From contig JAHIPV010000004.1 in assembly GCA_018902845.1 (NCBI GenBank), positions 1 to 62,375 of the forward strand: a stretch of 62,375 nt of DNA, given 5' to 3'. The DNA comes from Patescibacteria group bacterium. GTDB taxonomy: Bacteria > Patescibacteriota > Microgenomatia > UBA12405. The position numbers and the translations under genes were made by a program. This document shows, in pieces, positions 48,141 to 56,755 of this stretch; positions within the stretch are counted from its first letter, which is position 1; every line of letters starts with the position of its first letter. The notes under the pieces were generated by a model. That model made no database searches. It had not been told where the DNA came from and worked only from the letters and a program-made list of their open reading frames with translations.

Positions 48141-49019
48141 ATGAACCAAATTTATAAGACCTTGTCCGGTTTTGGTCTTACCAAAAACGAAATCAAAGTT
48201 TACCTTCAAACCTTAAAAGAAAACCAGCTTTCCCCGTACAAAATTTCAAAACTGACCAAAATCCCCCGCACTACTGTTTATGACATTCTCATGAATCTTT
48301 CTTTCAAGGGTTTAATAAAACTAAAACAAAGCGATGGTTTTACAAAGCAACAAACAACTATTACTGCAAAAAACCCATCGGTTTTAAGGGATATTCTTTG
48401 GAAAAAAAGAAAAAAAATATCAAACCTGGAACTTGATATTGTTGATATTCTTCCTCAGTTAAAAGGGGATTTTCACAAAGATGAATCCAATGCAGATTTT
48501 AAGTTTTATTCCGGCATAAAAGGTGCAAAAAAAGTTTATCTCGGAGAATTAGATCAAGATATCAACACGCCCATTCTTGCCTTTGAAAACCTTATGCCAA
48601 TGGACATCTTTGGTCGTTATCAAATGAATAAAGATGTTTCCAAAGGAACCAAACAATCACAAAAAAATATAAAAGAAATAATTACTCTAAACGACTGGGC
48701 CATGCATGTCATCTCTTATCAATTCGGCCGTGATCCAAATTATATAAAAACACGCCAAATCAGAACGATCGACAACCCTATTTTTTCTATCAATCAAAGA
48801 ATTGCCATCCAAGACAATAGAATCAGAATCACCACTGCCAAAGACAGTGAAACTTGGGGTTTAATCATCAAAAGTCCCTCTCTTGCCAAAACTTTAGCCT
48901 CAATATTTCACATACTTTGGTCTCAAGCCGTCCCACTCACAAAAAACATCATCGATTCTTGGGGTCCCAATCAATTTTTACTCGCCGAAATTTCCAAAAA
49001 ATCAACCAAATCAAAATAA
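48141..49019 (+). CDS. TrmB-family transcriptional regulator
   Basis: Start moved to ATG 48141. FGLTKNEIKVYLQTL...SPYKISKLTKIPRTTVYDILMNL wHTH. Confidence 0.7.
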   Translation: MNQIYKTLSGFGLTKNEIKVYLQTLKENQLSPYKISKLTKIPRTTVYDILMNLSFKGLIKLKQSDGFTKQQTTITAKNPSVLRDILWKKRKKISNLELDIVDILPQLKGDFHKDESNADFKFYSGIKGAKKVYLGELDQDINTPILAFENLMPMDIFGRYQMNKDVSKGTKQSQKNIKEIITLNDWAMHVISYQFGRDPNYIKTRQIRTIDNPIFSINQRIAIQDNRIRITTAKDSETWGLIIKSPSLAKTLASIFHILWSQAVPLTKNIIDSWGPNQFLLAEISKKSTKSK

Positions 49020-49030
49020 AAACACTCAAA

Positions 49031-49324
49031 TTATTCCATTAATCTATTATATATATACTTCAAGGTCTTTCTTCTTTTACCCAAAACCCATACCAATACA
49101 GCTTCTATCCCTATCATTGGCCATTCCGCCCATTTTCCGTAACTCAAATGAATCAAACCCAGTAAATTGTTCGAAGCTTTTATCCACGTCTCGTGCCACA
49201 GCTCGGTCAGCCAAATTTTCGCTCCAAAAACCTGTAGCAGGTCTCTGGTCAAATGAAAACTCAGTAACAATATTACAAAACTAAAAAATACTATTTTTTT
49301 CTTCACCCTTTTCATCAATTCCAC
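49031..49324 (-). CDS. small membrane protein, hypothetical
   Basis: 97-aa ORF with hydrophobic helices. Confidence 0.4.
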   Translation of the reverse strand: MELMKRVKKKIVFFSFVILLLSFHLTRDLLQVFGAKIWLTELWHETWIKASNNLLGLIHLSYGKWAEWPMIGIEAVLVWVLGKRRKTLKYIYNRLME

Positions 49325-49592
49325 ATTTTAGATAATATCAGATTTTTTGCTTAAATAAACCACCTATTTTTCAATCTCGCTTCCTTCGTTTCTACTGCCC
49401 CATCAAACCCTCCTCTTCTCCTTTTCTATACCCCCAAAATCATTTCCACTACCCCAAGATAAGTTGCACATGACAAGCCTGCCAACCCCATCACCACCAT
49501 TTCAGTCCAGTGTCTTACAATTAATTTCTTCATACTTATTTTTACCCGAATAAAAACCGAAAGTCAATATACCAAATTAGCTTTAAGTTTAC

Positions 49593-50321
49593 TTAATCCA
49601 CCAACAGCCACATCATCCCAATCCCAACTAAAAATATCACAAAAGATAAAATTGATTTCTTTAAACTTTTCTCTTTTCTAATTTCGGGCAAAAGATCGCT
49701 AGCCCCTATATACAAAAAACCGCCAGCCGCCAAAGGTAGCAAAAATTTTTCCATCGCTACTCCCGATTCACTTATAAAATATCCCAGCAAAGCCCCAAAA
49801 ACAGCCGCCAGTCCGCTCAAAAAATTCATTAACAATGCTTGCCTTTTTTTAAATCCGGCATGAACCAAAACACCAAAGTCTCCAATTTCTTGTGGTATTT
49901 CATGAACCAATATAGCCAGACTGGTTGACATCCCCAAGGGGATACTATTAACAAAAGCCCCTGCAATTACCAATCCGTCAACAAAATTATGTATTGCATC
50001 TCCAAAAAGATTCATATAGCCAAAACTATGTATTTCGCATTCACTTTCATGGCAATGTCGCCAGCCCAAAACCTTTTCAAGTACAAAAAACAGCAAAAAA
50101 GACAGTAGGGTAGTGTTAAGTACCATCTTTGTTTCCAGTTCTTCCATTGCCTCTGGCAATAAATGCAAAAATACTCCACCCATTAATGTTCCGGCTGACA
50201 AAGATACCAAAAACACCAGCACATTTTTTAAGGTTTTTTTACTCAAAATTATTCCTACCAACCCTATCAAGGAAACAAGACTTATCAACAAAGTCGCGCC
50301 AACAATCCACATTAATCTCAT
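49593..50321 (-). CDS. ZIP-family (ZupT-like) metal transporter
   Basis: HNFVDG and HEIPQEIGDF motifs. Start moved to MRLMWIV (ATG 50321). Confidence 0.8.
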   Translation of the reverse strand: MRLMWIVGATLLISLVSLIGLVGIILSKKTLKNVLVFLVSLSAGTLMGGVFLHLLPEAMEELETKMVLNTTLLSFLLFFVLEKVLGWRHCHESECEIHSFGYMNLFGDAIHNFVDGLVIAGAFVNSIPLGMSTSLAILVHEIPQEIGDFGVLVHAGFKKRQALLMNFLSGLAAVFGALLGYFISESGVAMEKFLLPLAAGGFLYIGASDLLPEIRKEKSLKKSILSFVIFLVGIGMMWLLVD

Positions 50322-50346
50322 ACATAATTCTACCAGTCCTCCAACC

Positions 50347-50967
50347 CTAAACCTCAATTATCTGAATCGAATCATTATTAACCCAAACGTATTGTTGATC
50401 TGTTAACGGAGTTATTTTTACTCCTTCGGTATACATCGCCTCAAATCTTTTTAAGTATTCATTACGAAAGGCATCACTTCCCCAGTGGGGTAATATAGAC
50501 AAATCTATTATTTTCAGTCCAGTCGATTTTAAACCAGGTGCCTTTGACCGATCGTCGATAGTTGAAACTAAATCAATTCTAGTTCCAACAATCATTGATC
50601 CAGCGCTTGAACCAATATAAATCATTCCACTTTCAATTCTATTTTTAATAATTTCCCCGCAACCAGTTTTAATCACTTGGTCCAGTAAATAAAATTCATT
50701 TCCGCCACAAAAATAGACTATTTGTTTGTCTTCTAATTTATTTTCAATTTCCTCCCTAGTCATTCCATTAATTGAAAATTCATCAACACTAAAACCAACG
50801 TCAATTAATTTGCCCTTTTCAGCTCTAACCCACCAATGGTCTTCATCCTCTACTTCGGCAGCAGTATTAATAAAAGCCAAGTTAAATTCTTTTGGTGTTT
50901 TTGGCAACTTTTTAACGATATCATCTATCACACAATCACCGCTCGAAGTCAAAAATAGTTGTTTCAT
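50347..50967 (-). CDS. peptidase S51 (dipeptidase E-like)
   Basis: FCGGNEFYLL and GSSAGSMI (nucleophile Ser) motifs. Confidence 0.7.
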   Translation of the reverse strand: MKQLFLTSSGDCVIDDIVKKLPKTPKEFNLAFINTAAEVEDEDHWWVRAEKGKLIDVGFSVDEFSINGMTREEIENKLEDKQIVYFCGGNEFYLLDQVIKTGCGEIIKNRIESGMIYIGSSAGSMIVGTRIDLVSTIDDRSKAPGLKSTGLKIIDLSILPHWGSDAFRNEYLKRFEAMYTEGVKITPLTDQQYVWVNNDSIQIIEV

Positions 50968-51099
50968 AGGCTATTTTATCAACACCAATTAAAAAATACC
51001 CAAATATATACCATCACACCCGGCCATGTTTAAATCGCCAGGCAATTTATTACCCGGCAGAGAGTATACCTAAAAATCTATATCCATCTTCTTAACTTT

Positions 51100-51603
51100 T
51101 CAGACTTTGGCAAAAAGTATCATATAATGATGCCCGTATTTTTTCTCACACTTTGGGCAATATGCATAATGGATATAGTACTCATCATTTTTGGCAACCT
51201 TTTTCCCTGTTTTTTGTAAATACACATTCATGTCTTTTACAAATTTGGGGATTGCGTTATATGGGCCTTCGTATACCTTGGCAATAAAGGTACCGGAAAT
51301 TTTAACATTATTTGCTCCCGCAACATTTCCGGTTACAGAAATATAAATATTTGATTTGAATGCGCTTGGATCCTGGAATAAAACCAAAACCTCATCTTTT
51401 TTTGCATCTATCTTACTTGCACCTGTTGCCAGTTCCATCATTTTAGTTATCTTTTTTCCAATCATCGGTGGAAAGGGAATATGAAAAAGTGTAGGAATAG
51501 TCTCCTTGACAAATTGTTTGTTGTTCCAATCGAATGTTTTTTCGTCCCATTTTTTCGGATTAAATTCAGGACAACACTCATTCTTTGTAGTTTTTTTATT
51601 CAT
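51100..51603 (-). CDS. conserved hypothetical protein
   Basis: 167-aa ORF with a Cys pair CPKCEKKYG at the C-terminus. Family not recognised. Confidence 0.45.
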   Translation of the reverse strand: MNKKTTKNECCPEFNPKKWDEKTFDWNNKQFVKETIPTLFHIPFPPMIGKKITKMMELATGASKIDAKKDEVLVLFQDPSAFKSNIYISVTGNVAGANNVKISGTFIAKVYEGPYNAIPKFVKDMNVYLQKTGKKVAKNDEYYIHYAYCPKCEKKYGHHYMILFAKV

Positions 51604-51757
51604 AATTTATAGATTAATTATAAACCCCGCTCGCTTTTGCACCAAATCCATTCAATTCTGCTTCACCAACCCGCCCTGTCCCAAGTATCCCTGCAAGATA
51701 TTCCACTCCCGCAACAAGAGTTTAATATTACAGTGACTTTTTGCTAAACTTTGAAAG

Positions 51758-52402
51758 ATGAAAAAGCCAATTGCGGTACTTTTTGACATGGATGGATTGA
51801 TGGTTGACAGTGAATTGACCAGAGCAGAATCATTTAAGAACGTAATACGAAATCATGGTGTTGTGGTCAAAGAAAAAATACCTCACGTTATTGGAGTAAG
51901 AGTCTTGGACAATTGGGTCATTATGAAAGATAAATATGGTTTAAAAGAAGATCCAGCAAAATTAATGGAAGAAGGGGAAGAAGAATACACTAAGCTAATC
52001 GAGAAAAAAATGCCGATTACCATGCCAGGGCTATTTCAATTAATTGATTATATTAAAAAAGTAAACATCAAAAGAGCGGTAGTTTCATCAGCTGGAATAA
52101 GGCATATTAAGATAAAATTAGAAAAATTAAAATTAACTGATTTTTTTGAAACAATGGTTTCCGGAGATATGCTTACCAAGGGAAAGCCTGATCCAGAAGG
52201 ATATTTGTTAGCAGCAAAAAAACTTGGAGTAGATGCAACAGATTGTCTAGTTCTCGAGGATGCTCCTTCTGGTGTTCAAGCTGCCAAAGCGGCCGGAATG
52301 TTATGTGTTGCGATTCCGAGTACTTATACTAAAAACGGTGATTTTTCTCAGGCGGATTTGATATTAAAAGATCTTAGAGAAGTAATTGCAATATTGAAAT
52401 AA
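51758..52402 (+). CDS. HAD-family hydrolase (beta-phosphoglucomutase-like)
   Basis: LFDMDGLMVDSE, SSAG, KGKPDPEGY, and EDAPSGVQAAKAAGM. Confidence 0.85.
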   Translation: MKKPIAVLFDMDGLMVDSELTRAESFKNVIRNHGVVVKEKIPHVIGVRVLDNWVIMKDKYGLKEDPAKLMEEGEEEYTKLIEKKMPITMPGLFQLIDYIKKVNIKRAVVSSAGIRHIKIKLEKLKLTDFFETMVSGDMLTKGKPDPEGYLLAAKKLGVDATDCLVLEDAPSGVQAAKAAGMLCVAIPSTYTKNGDFSQADLILKDLREVIAILK

Positions 52403-52468
52403 GCATTACATAACCAAGCAAGATTTCATTTTTTTTTACGACAAATTCTAAAAACAAAAATTAAGTTC

Positions 52469-52497
52469 TTGACATCTGTATGACATTGTATTACCAT
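52469..52497 (+). promoter_or_regulatory. candidate promoter/operator of the brnT-remnant/brnA pair
   Basis: TTGACA (52469-52474), 17 nt, then TACCAT. The region contains the direct repeat TGACATCTGTA/TGACATTGTA. Confidence 0.35.
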
Positions 52498-52502
52498 ATA
52501 TT

Positions 52503-52603
52503 ATGGAGTTGAAAGAGCTGGTTTGGGACGATTTTAATATTATATTGTTACTGCTAGAGACTCTAGTAGTAAAGAAAGGAAATTAATAAATGACCAAAAA
52601 TAA
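52503..52603 (+). pseudogene. brnT: decayed brnT (internal deletion plus frameshift)
   Basis: The ATG frame gives MELKELVWDDFN (compare EFQWDKGN of intact BrnT). A second frame gives IVTARDSSSKERKL (compare RVISARDLNKRR) and ends 14 nt inside brnA, mimicking the intact pair's overlap. Confidence 0.45.
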
Positions 52604-52880
52604 AACAAAAACCATTCCAAATTTCAAAAATCGACAGCAAGAAGCCAAGTTTTGGGACACCCACGATTTTACTGATTTTTTGGATCAAACAAAAAAAGTA
52701 AATTTAAAAGTCAATTTAAAAGCACCGAAAGATGGTGTTTTAACTATTAGACTTCAACCCCAACTAAAAAAACACATGAGTCAACTAGCTACAGAAATGG
52801 GTACCCAAACTTCCACCTTAGCCCGTATGTGGCTTATTGAAAAACTAAAGACATTAACTCCTCCGTATCAGTCAACATAA
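52590..52880 (+). CDS. brnA: BrnA-family antitoxin
   Basis: IPNFKNRQQEAKFWDTHDFTDF... parallels 18818..19087. C-terminal RHH-like STLARMWLIEKL. Confidence 0.7.
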   Translation: MTKNKTKTIPNFKNRQQEAKFWDTHDFTDFLDQTKKVNLKVNLKAPKDGVLTIRLQPQLKKHMSQLATEMGTQTSTLARMWLIEKLKTLTPPYQST

Positions 52881-53047
52881 TTATTTTATCCGAATTCATC
52901 GCTCTGTCCCACCTAGCGGACTTTGTCCGCGCACCGCCGACATAGCCTTTGGCGACGCACGGCCGGAGCCAAGCTTTAGCGAGGCCAAGGCGGTGTTTTT
53001 TGATTGATGTTCGAACATTTTTTGACGAAAACCCCCAATAAGGAAGC

Positions 53048-53195
53048 CAGCCCTGCCGTCGCTCGGAAACCTCGCCACCCCGCAAAAAAGTTTTCTTCAC
53101 AATTTTTGATTTGCGCGCGCCGATTTTTTTCTTCTAAAAGGAAAAGAAAACTTTTGTGCGGGGTTCTGCTCTTAACGAGCAGGACGGCGGGGCTG
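53048..53195. other. 148-nt imperfect long hairpin (left flank of the R-M/RT cassette)
   Basis: CAGCCCTGCCGTCGCTCG (53048-53065) pairs with CGAGCAGGACGGCGGGGCTG (53176-53195). ACCCCGCAAAAAAGTTTTC (53077-53095) pairs with GAAAACTTTTGTGCGGGGT (53146-53164). 50-nt apical loop. Confidence 0.65.
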
Positions 53196-53215
53196 TCCAC
53201 AATTTGATTTCGCTC

Positions 53216-53258
53216 GGGCGTGGCGGAATTCCCCCCAAACCCCCCTTCCGCCACGCCC
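53216..53258. other. perfect 13-bp stem hairpin with C-rich loop
   Basis: GGGCGTGGCGGAA (53216-53228) and TTCCGCCACGCCC (53246-53258). Loop TTCCCCCCAAACCCCCC. Confidence 0.75.
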
Positions 53259-53329
53259 TCGCGGGGACGATTCTTTTTTTCGGCGGAATTTGAGGCTGTG
53301 CCAATTTCATTGGCGCGCCACCTTTTGTC

Positions 53330-54067
53330 TTATTTTATCAGATTCCAATTATCAAGGAAATAGTCCATTTCGTGATCCATATTTCCGAGATATACCTTAT
53401 CATTTCTAAACTTTATATTCACACGATAGCGTTTTCCGTGTCCGACTTCCAAAATTGCTTTTTCGTGTACTTTCTTTTCAACTTCGTGAAATGGCAAAAT
53501 CAAAAAATTACTTTTCTTTTCGCCGTGCAAAACAAAAATATAATAAATATTGCCGTTGCTGTGGCGTTCAAATGATACTTTACGAATATCAAAAACATAA
53601 GTGTCAAAACTATTAAGATTTGAAGTTTTGACCTGAATACCAAACAATTGATTATCTTTGACCGCCACAATGTCCATTCCAACATCTACGCTCATTATGC
53701 TGGCATTGAAACCACGAAAAAGCAATTCGCTACATACCAAATGCTCGCCACCTTTTCCAGTAAATCCTCCAGCGATAACAATTTTTTCTTCCTCCTCTTT
53801 TTCCGCTTCAATAATCTTTGGCGTTTCTTTGATTTCTTTTTTGTTTGGATTGAGCGCAAAAGTTCCGGGCGCGGTTTTGATAAAATCCGAGCCTTCAACT
53901 TTGTTTTTAATATCTACCGTGATTTGTGCGTTCATTGACGCTTCCGGCGTCGCGCCCTCTGTTTCCAAGATGCCAGATTCCAAAGCCAGCCGAGTGATTT
54001 CGGTATAGTGCAAAGGCGTTTTTGCCTTTTTTAATATCTCAATCGCAGATTGCTTGAATGTATTCAT
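53330..54067 (-). CDS. HARE-HTH/Mrr_N-like winged-helix + PD-(D/E)xK nuclease-fold protein
   Basis: N-terminus SAIEILKKAKTPLHYTEITRLALESG...APGTFALN. C-terminus GGEHLVCSELLFRG...VDVGMDIVAV...GIQVKTS (E...D...QxK pattern). 5 nt downstream of the RT gene. Confidence 0.6.
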   Translation of the reverse strand: MNTFKQSAIEILKKAKTPLHYTEITRLALESGILETEGATPEASMNAQITVDIKNKVEGSDFIKTAPGTFALNPNKKEIKETPKIIEAEKEEEEKIVIAGGFTGKGGEHLVCSELLFRGFNASIMSVDVGMDIVAVKDNQLFGIQVKTSNLNSFDTYVFDIRKVSFERHSNGNIYYIFVLHGEKKSNFLILPFHEVEKKVHEKAILEVGHGKRYRVNIKFRNDKVYLGNMDHEMDYFLDNWNLIK

Positions 54068-54072
54068 AAATT

Positions 54073-55575
54073 TTAGCTTTCATAACTAAACACTTGTATT
54101 TCCCTTCTCTCAATTTTAGGCTTAATTTTATCTATAACTGCCCGATTAACAAAAACGCCGTTGCTCAATATATCTTTTACTGTTTTTTCGCTTATCCAGT
54201 CGTTTGTAAATATCTTTTGTTTGTAATCTCCATAAGCATATTTGCAAAGAGTCTCGTCAAAATCTAATTTTAATTTCAATCCAAGCGCGATTCTTTGGAT
54301 CCATATTTCCAACAAACCAGCATTCGAAAGTGTCCCTATTTTTTCTTGGACTCTTACTAATAAATCAAGTTGTGATTGCTTTGACAATTTTGGAATATAG
54401 TCAGACATCAAACCAGCAATGAAAGGAAAACAATTCGGGTTATTGTAACCTATATCAATCAGAATTCCAGTTATTGTTTTTTCTTGGTATTTATAATGTT
54501 CTGATTTAACCACATCTATAATTTTTGATAATCTATTTTTTAGAATTCCTGAGTTAGGAAATTTTTTACCGATTTGTTGAATTATCAATAATTGTCGCAG
54601 CAACTCAGTTTTTGATAGTTTTTTAGGAACCAATCCATACTTTAACGAATCAACTTTATCGTCTTTTATTGAGCCACCAATAATATCTTGATTGAAGCAG
54701 GTTTTGTTTGTATTTAAACGAAAACCTAAATCAAGTAACACCTCGCTAAGACTTTTTAGAATAATATCTCCATCGCTAATGTCGTTAACAAAAATTCGAT
54801 AATCGTCTCGGTATCTTAATATAAAGTATTTTTTACTTTCAATAATTTTATTCAATTTTTTCGATAATTCACAATCCGCATATCCTAGAACAATTTCCGC
54901 AATAAAATCCATTAAACTACTTCCTTCTGGTATACCGTTGGTTTGACCATTATTCATTGCCTGAAGATGACAATCAATCTTATTGCCAAACAACTCATTA
55001 TAACCCCTCTTTTCCTTTCCAATTTTTTTTGTATGTATAGCCCATGGCAAAGAGTGGGTATAAATTGATCCATAGCAACTACTGATATCTGTGTGATATA
55101 TAAACTTATAATCTAGTGCCAACGAAATTGATTTTTTTTCTACATTATTTACCCATTGAGTAATCTGCGCCGCTTTTTGCTTTCTCTTTCCCGACGGTAT
55201 TACAGGCATACTTTCACATCTAATATTTTTAGATTTTTGAAATTCCTTAAAACAATTTTGTAAAAACTTCCAGTTATCTTTTTCAGTTATAATGTTGACC
55301 AGCGAAACATACAACAACGGATTTATAATTTGATACTTTCTCCATGCATATTTACCATCCTTATTGCCGTATAAAATGTGATTTATCGTTTCTTTTTCTT
55401 TTGCTTTATTTAAGTCTGATAAATCTAGTACTTTTTTCTTAAATGCCTTATCGGTAGCAGATAAAACATTTTTAAAAACAAAATAATCGGGTAACTCAAT
55501 ATTTGAAAAAACCTCTTGTGTTAAAAAGAATTTTTTGGCATCTGTGTGATTTAGATTAAGAATATTTTTTGCCAT
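54073..55575 (-). CDS. reverse transcriptase (UG/Abi-like: N-terminal RT domain + about 170-aa helical C-terminal domain)
   Basis: Motif A YHTDISSCYGSI (D163 = 55087-55089), motif B NGIPEGSSLMDFIAEIVL, motif C ILRYRDDYRIF (YRDD = 54802-54813), motif E-like LGFRLNTNKT. Confidence 0.8.
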   Translation of the reverse strand: MAKNILNLNHTDAKKFFLTQEVFSNIELPDYFVFKNVLSATDKAFKKKVLDLSDLNKAKEKETINHILYGNKDGKYAWRKYQIINPLLYVSLVNIITEKDNWKFLQNCFKEFQKSKNIRCESMPVIPSGKRKQKAAQITQWVNNVEKKSISLALDYKFIYHTDISSCYGSIYTHSLPWAIHTKKIGKEKRGYNELFGNKIDCHLQAMNNGQTNGIPEGSSLMDFIAEIVLGYADCELSKKLNKIIESKKYFILRYRDDYRIFVNDISDGDIILKSLSEVLLDLGFRLNTNKTCFNQDIIGGSIKDDKVDSLKYGLVPKKLSKTELLRQLLIIQQIGKKFPNSGILKNRLSKIIDVVKSEHYKYQEKTITGILIDIGYNNPNCFPFIAGLMSDYIPKLSKQSQLDLLVRVQEKIGTLSNAGLLEIWIQRIALGLKLKLDFDETLCKYAYGDYKQKIFTNDWISEKTVKDILSNGVFVNRAVIDKIKPKIERREIQVFSYES

Positions 55576-55577
55576 AT

Positions 55578-56753
55578 TTACAATTCACCGTTAAAAGCCC
55601 TTGCCAAAACAGAAGGCATTAAGGCGGTTGTTATCAAAAATTGTTTTGATCTTTCTTTTTTAATTTCTTCTTTTTTATTTTCAATTAAATTTAAATGATC
55701 AATAACTTTTTGTTGCTCAGCAATTGAATCTGGGAAAGAAAATACTAATTTCTTTATTTTGTCTTGATTAAGAATGGGCAATGTAGTTGCGGGGCATAAA
55801 CCTCTTATTGTTGAATAGTTTGCCTTGAACCAGTAATAAGCAAATTCTGGTAATATATTTTCTTTAAATCTAATTCCTGTAATTTGTTGATTTGAAGTCG
55901 CCTCGTTTTTCAAAATCCCTACTTTTCCAAGAGTTGCGCCTATTCCGATAAATAAAACGGTCCCGGCTTTATAAATTTTTACCTTTCCATCATCAATCGC
56001 GAGTTTAGAAATTTTGCGATATGAATTTTCGAGATACATCTGCCCCTTAAAATCAGAAGGGGTGAACCAATTTAGCTCTTCTTTGAAATATTTTTGTTCG
56101 CCTGATGGTGGGGTTGTTCCTGTCTTAATCTCATCAATCAGATCACCTATTTTTTCTTTTTTCCAACCCGTATCGCTAAAAATTTTACTTAAGGCAGATG
56201 GCACAATAGCATTAACCGCTTTTTCAATATAATTTTCTGCATTGATAATTGATTTAGTGCGTTCCTCAATCTCCTTAATCTTTTTTACAATCCGCTTTTG
56301 TTCAAGAAGTGTTGGAAGCAAAATTTCTTTGTTTAAGAATAGTTCTTCTTGCAAATATCTTCTGTTTGTTGCACCTTGACTGGAAGCAATACAAAATTCT
56401 AAGAATTTAGCAGAGTGAGAAAAGTAAAAGAAAAAATCGGGACTAATTTTTGTTAGATCCAATTCGTAAGCCCAAAAATTACCCGTAATAATTCCACCGT
56501 CAGCTTCTTCGGGGATTATGCCGAAAGCACCGTTCCTAGCGTCGATTTTTGATAGCAATAACCAACCTGCTATAACAGTAAATTGATTTTTTGTTCCTAT
56601 TCTCGATCCAACAACTTCATCTCTCACGCAAATGCCTTTATTGTGCATTTTTATAGTAATGCGCTTGTATGTTTTTTTGTCATCAAGAACAATTGTCTCT
56701 TTTTTTCTGAGAAGAAAATCACTAATTTTATATTGCTTCCAATCGCTTTTCAT
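55578..56753 (-). CDS. hsdS: type I restriction-modification specificity subunit
   Basis: 391 aa with two TRD halves separated and ended by conserved helical spacers (LPTLLEQKRIVKKIKEIE, IAEQQKVIDHLNLIE). 2 nt after hsdM. Confidence 0.85.
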   Translation of the reverse strand: MKSDWKQYKISDFLLRKKETIVLDDKKTYKRITIKMHNKGICVRDEVVGSRIGTKNQFTVIAGWLLLSKIDARNGAFGIIPEEADGGIITGNFWAYELDLTKISPDFFFYFSHSAKFLEFCIASSQGATNRRYLQEELFLNKEILLPTLLEQKRIVKKIKEIEERTKSIINAENYIEKAVNAIVPSALSKIFSDTGWKKEKIGDLIDEIKTGTTPPSGEQKYFKEELNWFTPSDFKGQMYLENSYRKISKLAIDDGKVKIYKAGTVLFIGIGATLGKVGILKNEATSNQQITGIRFKENILPEFAYYWFKANYSTIRGLCPATTLPILNQDKIKKLVFSFPDSIAEQQKVIDHLNLIENKKEEIKKERSKQFLITTALMPSVLARAFNGEL

Positions 56754-56755
56754 AG

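Noticed and set aside
52834-53254. Three overlapping minus-strand ORFs (52834-53100, 52896-53078, 52976-53254) and one plus-strand ORF (53004-53207) in the left GC-rich block.
   Set aside because: They are mutually exclusive and Arg/Gly/Ala-rich, and they run through long inverted repeats. The block is better explained as structured non-coding DNA or RNA.
54073-55575. Interpretation of the RT as a retron RT, with the flanking long hairpins as msr-msd.
   Set aside because: The RT is about 500 aa with a long N-terminal extension and a helical tail, and I could not find retron-specific motifs. The hairpin blocks are separated from the RT by other genes rather than lying immediately upstream. 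I keep only the weaker hypothesis of an associated ncRNA.
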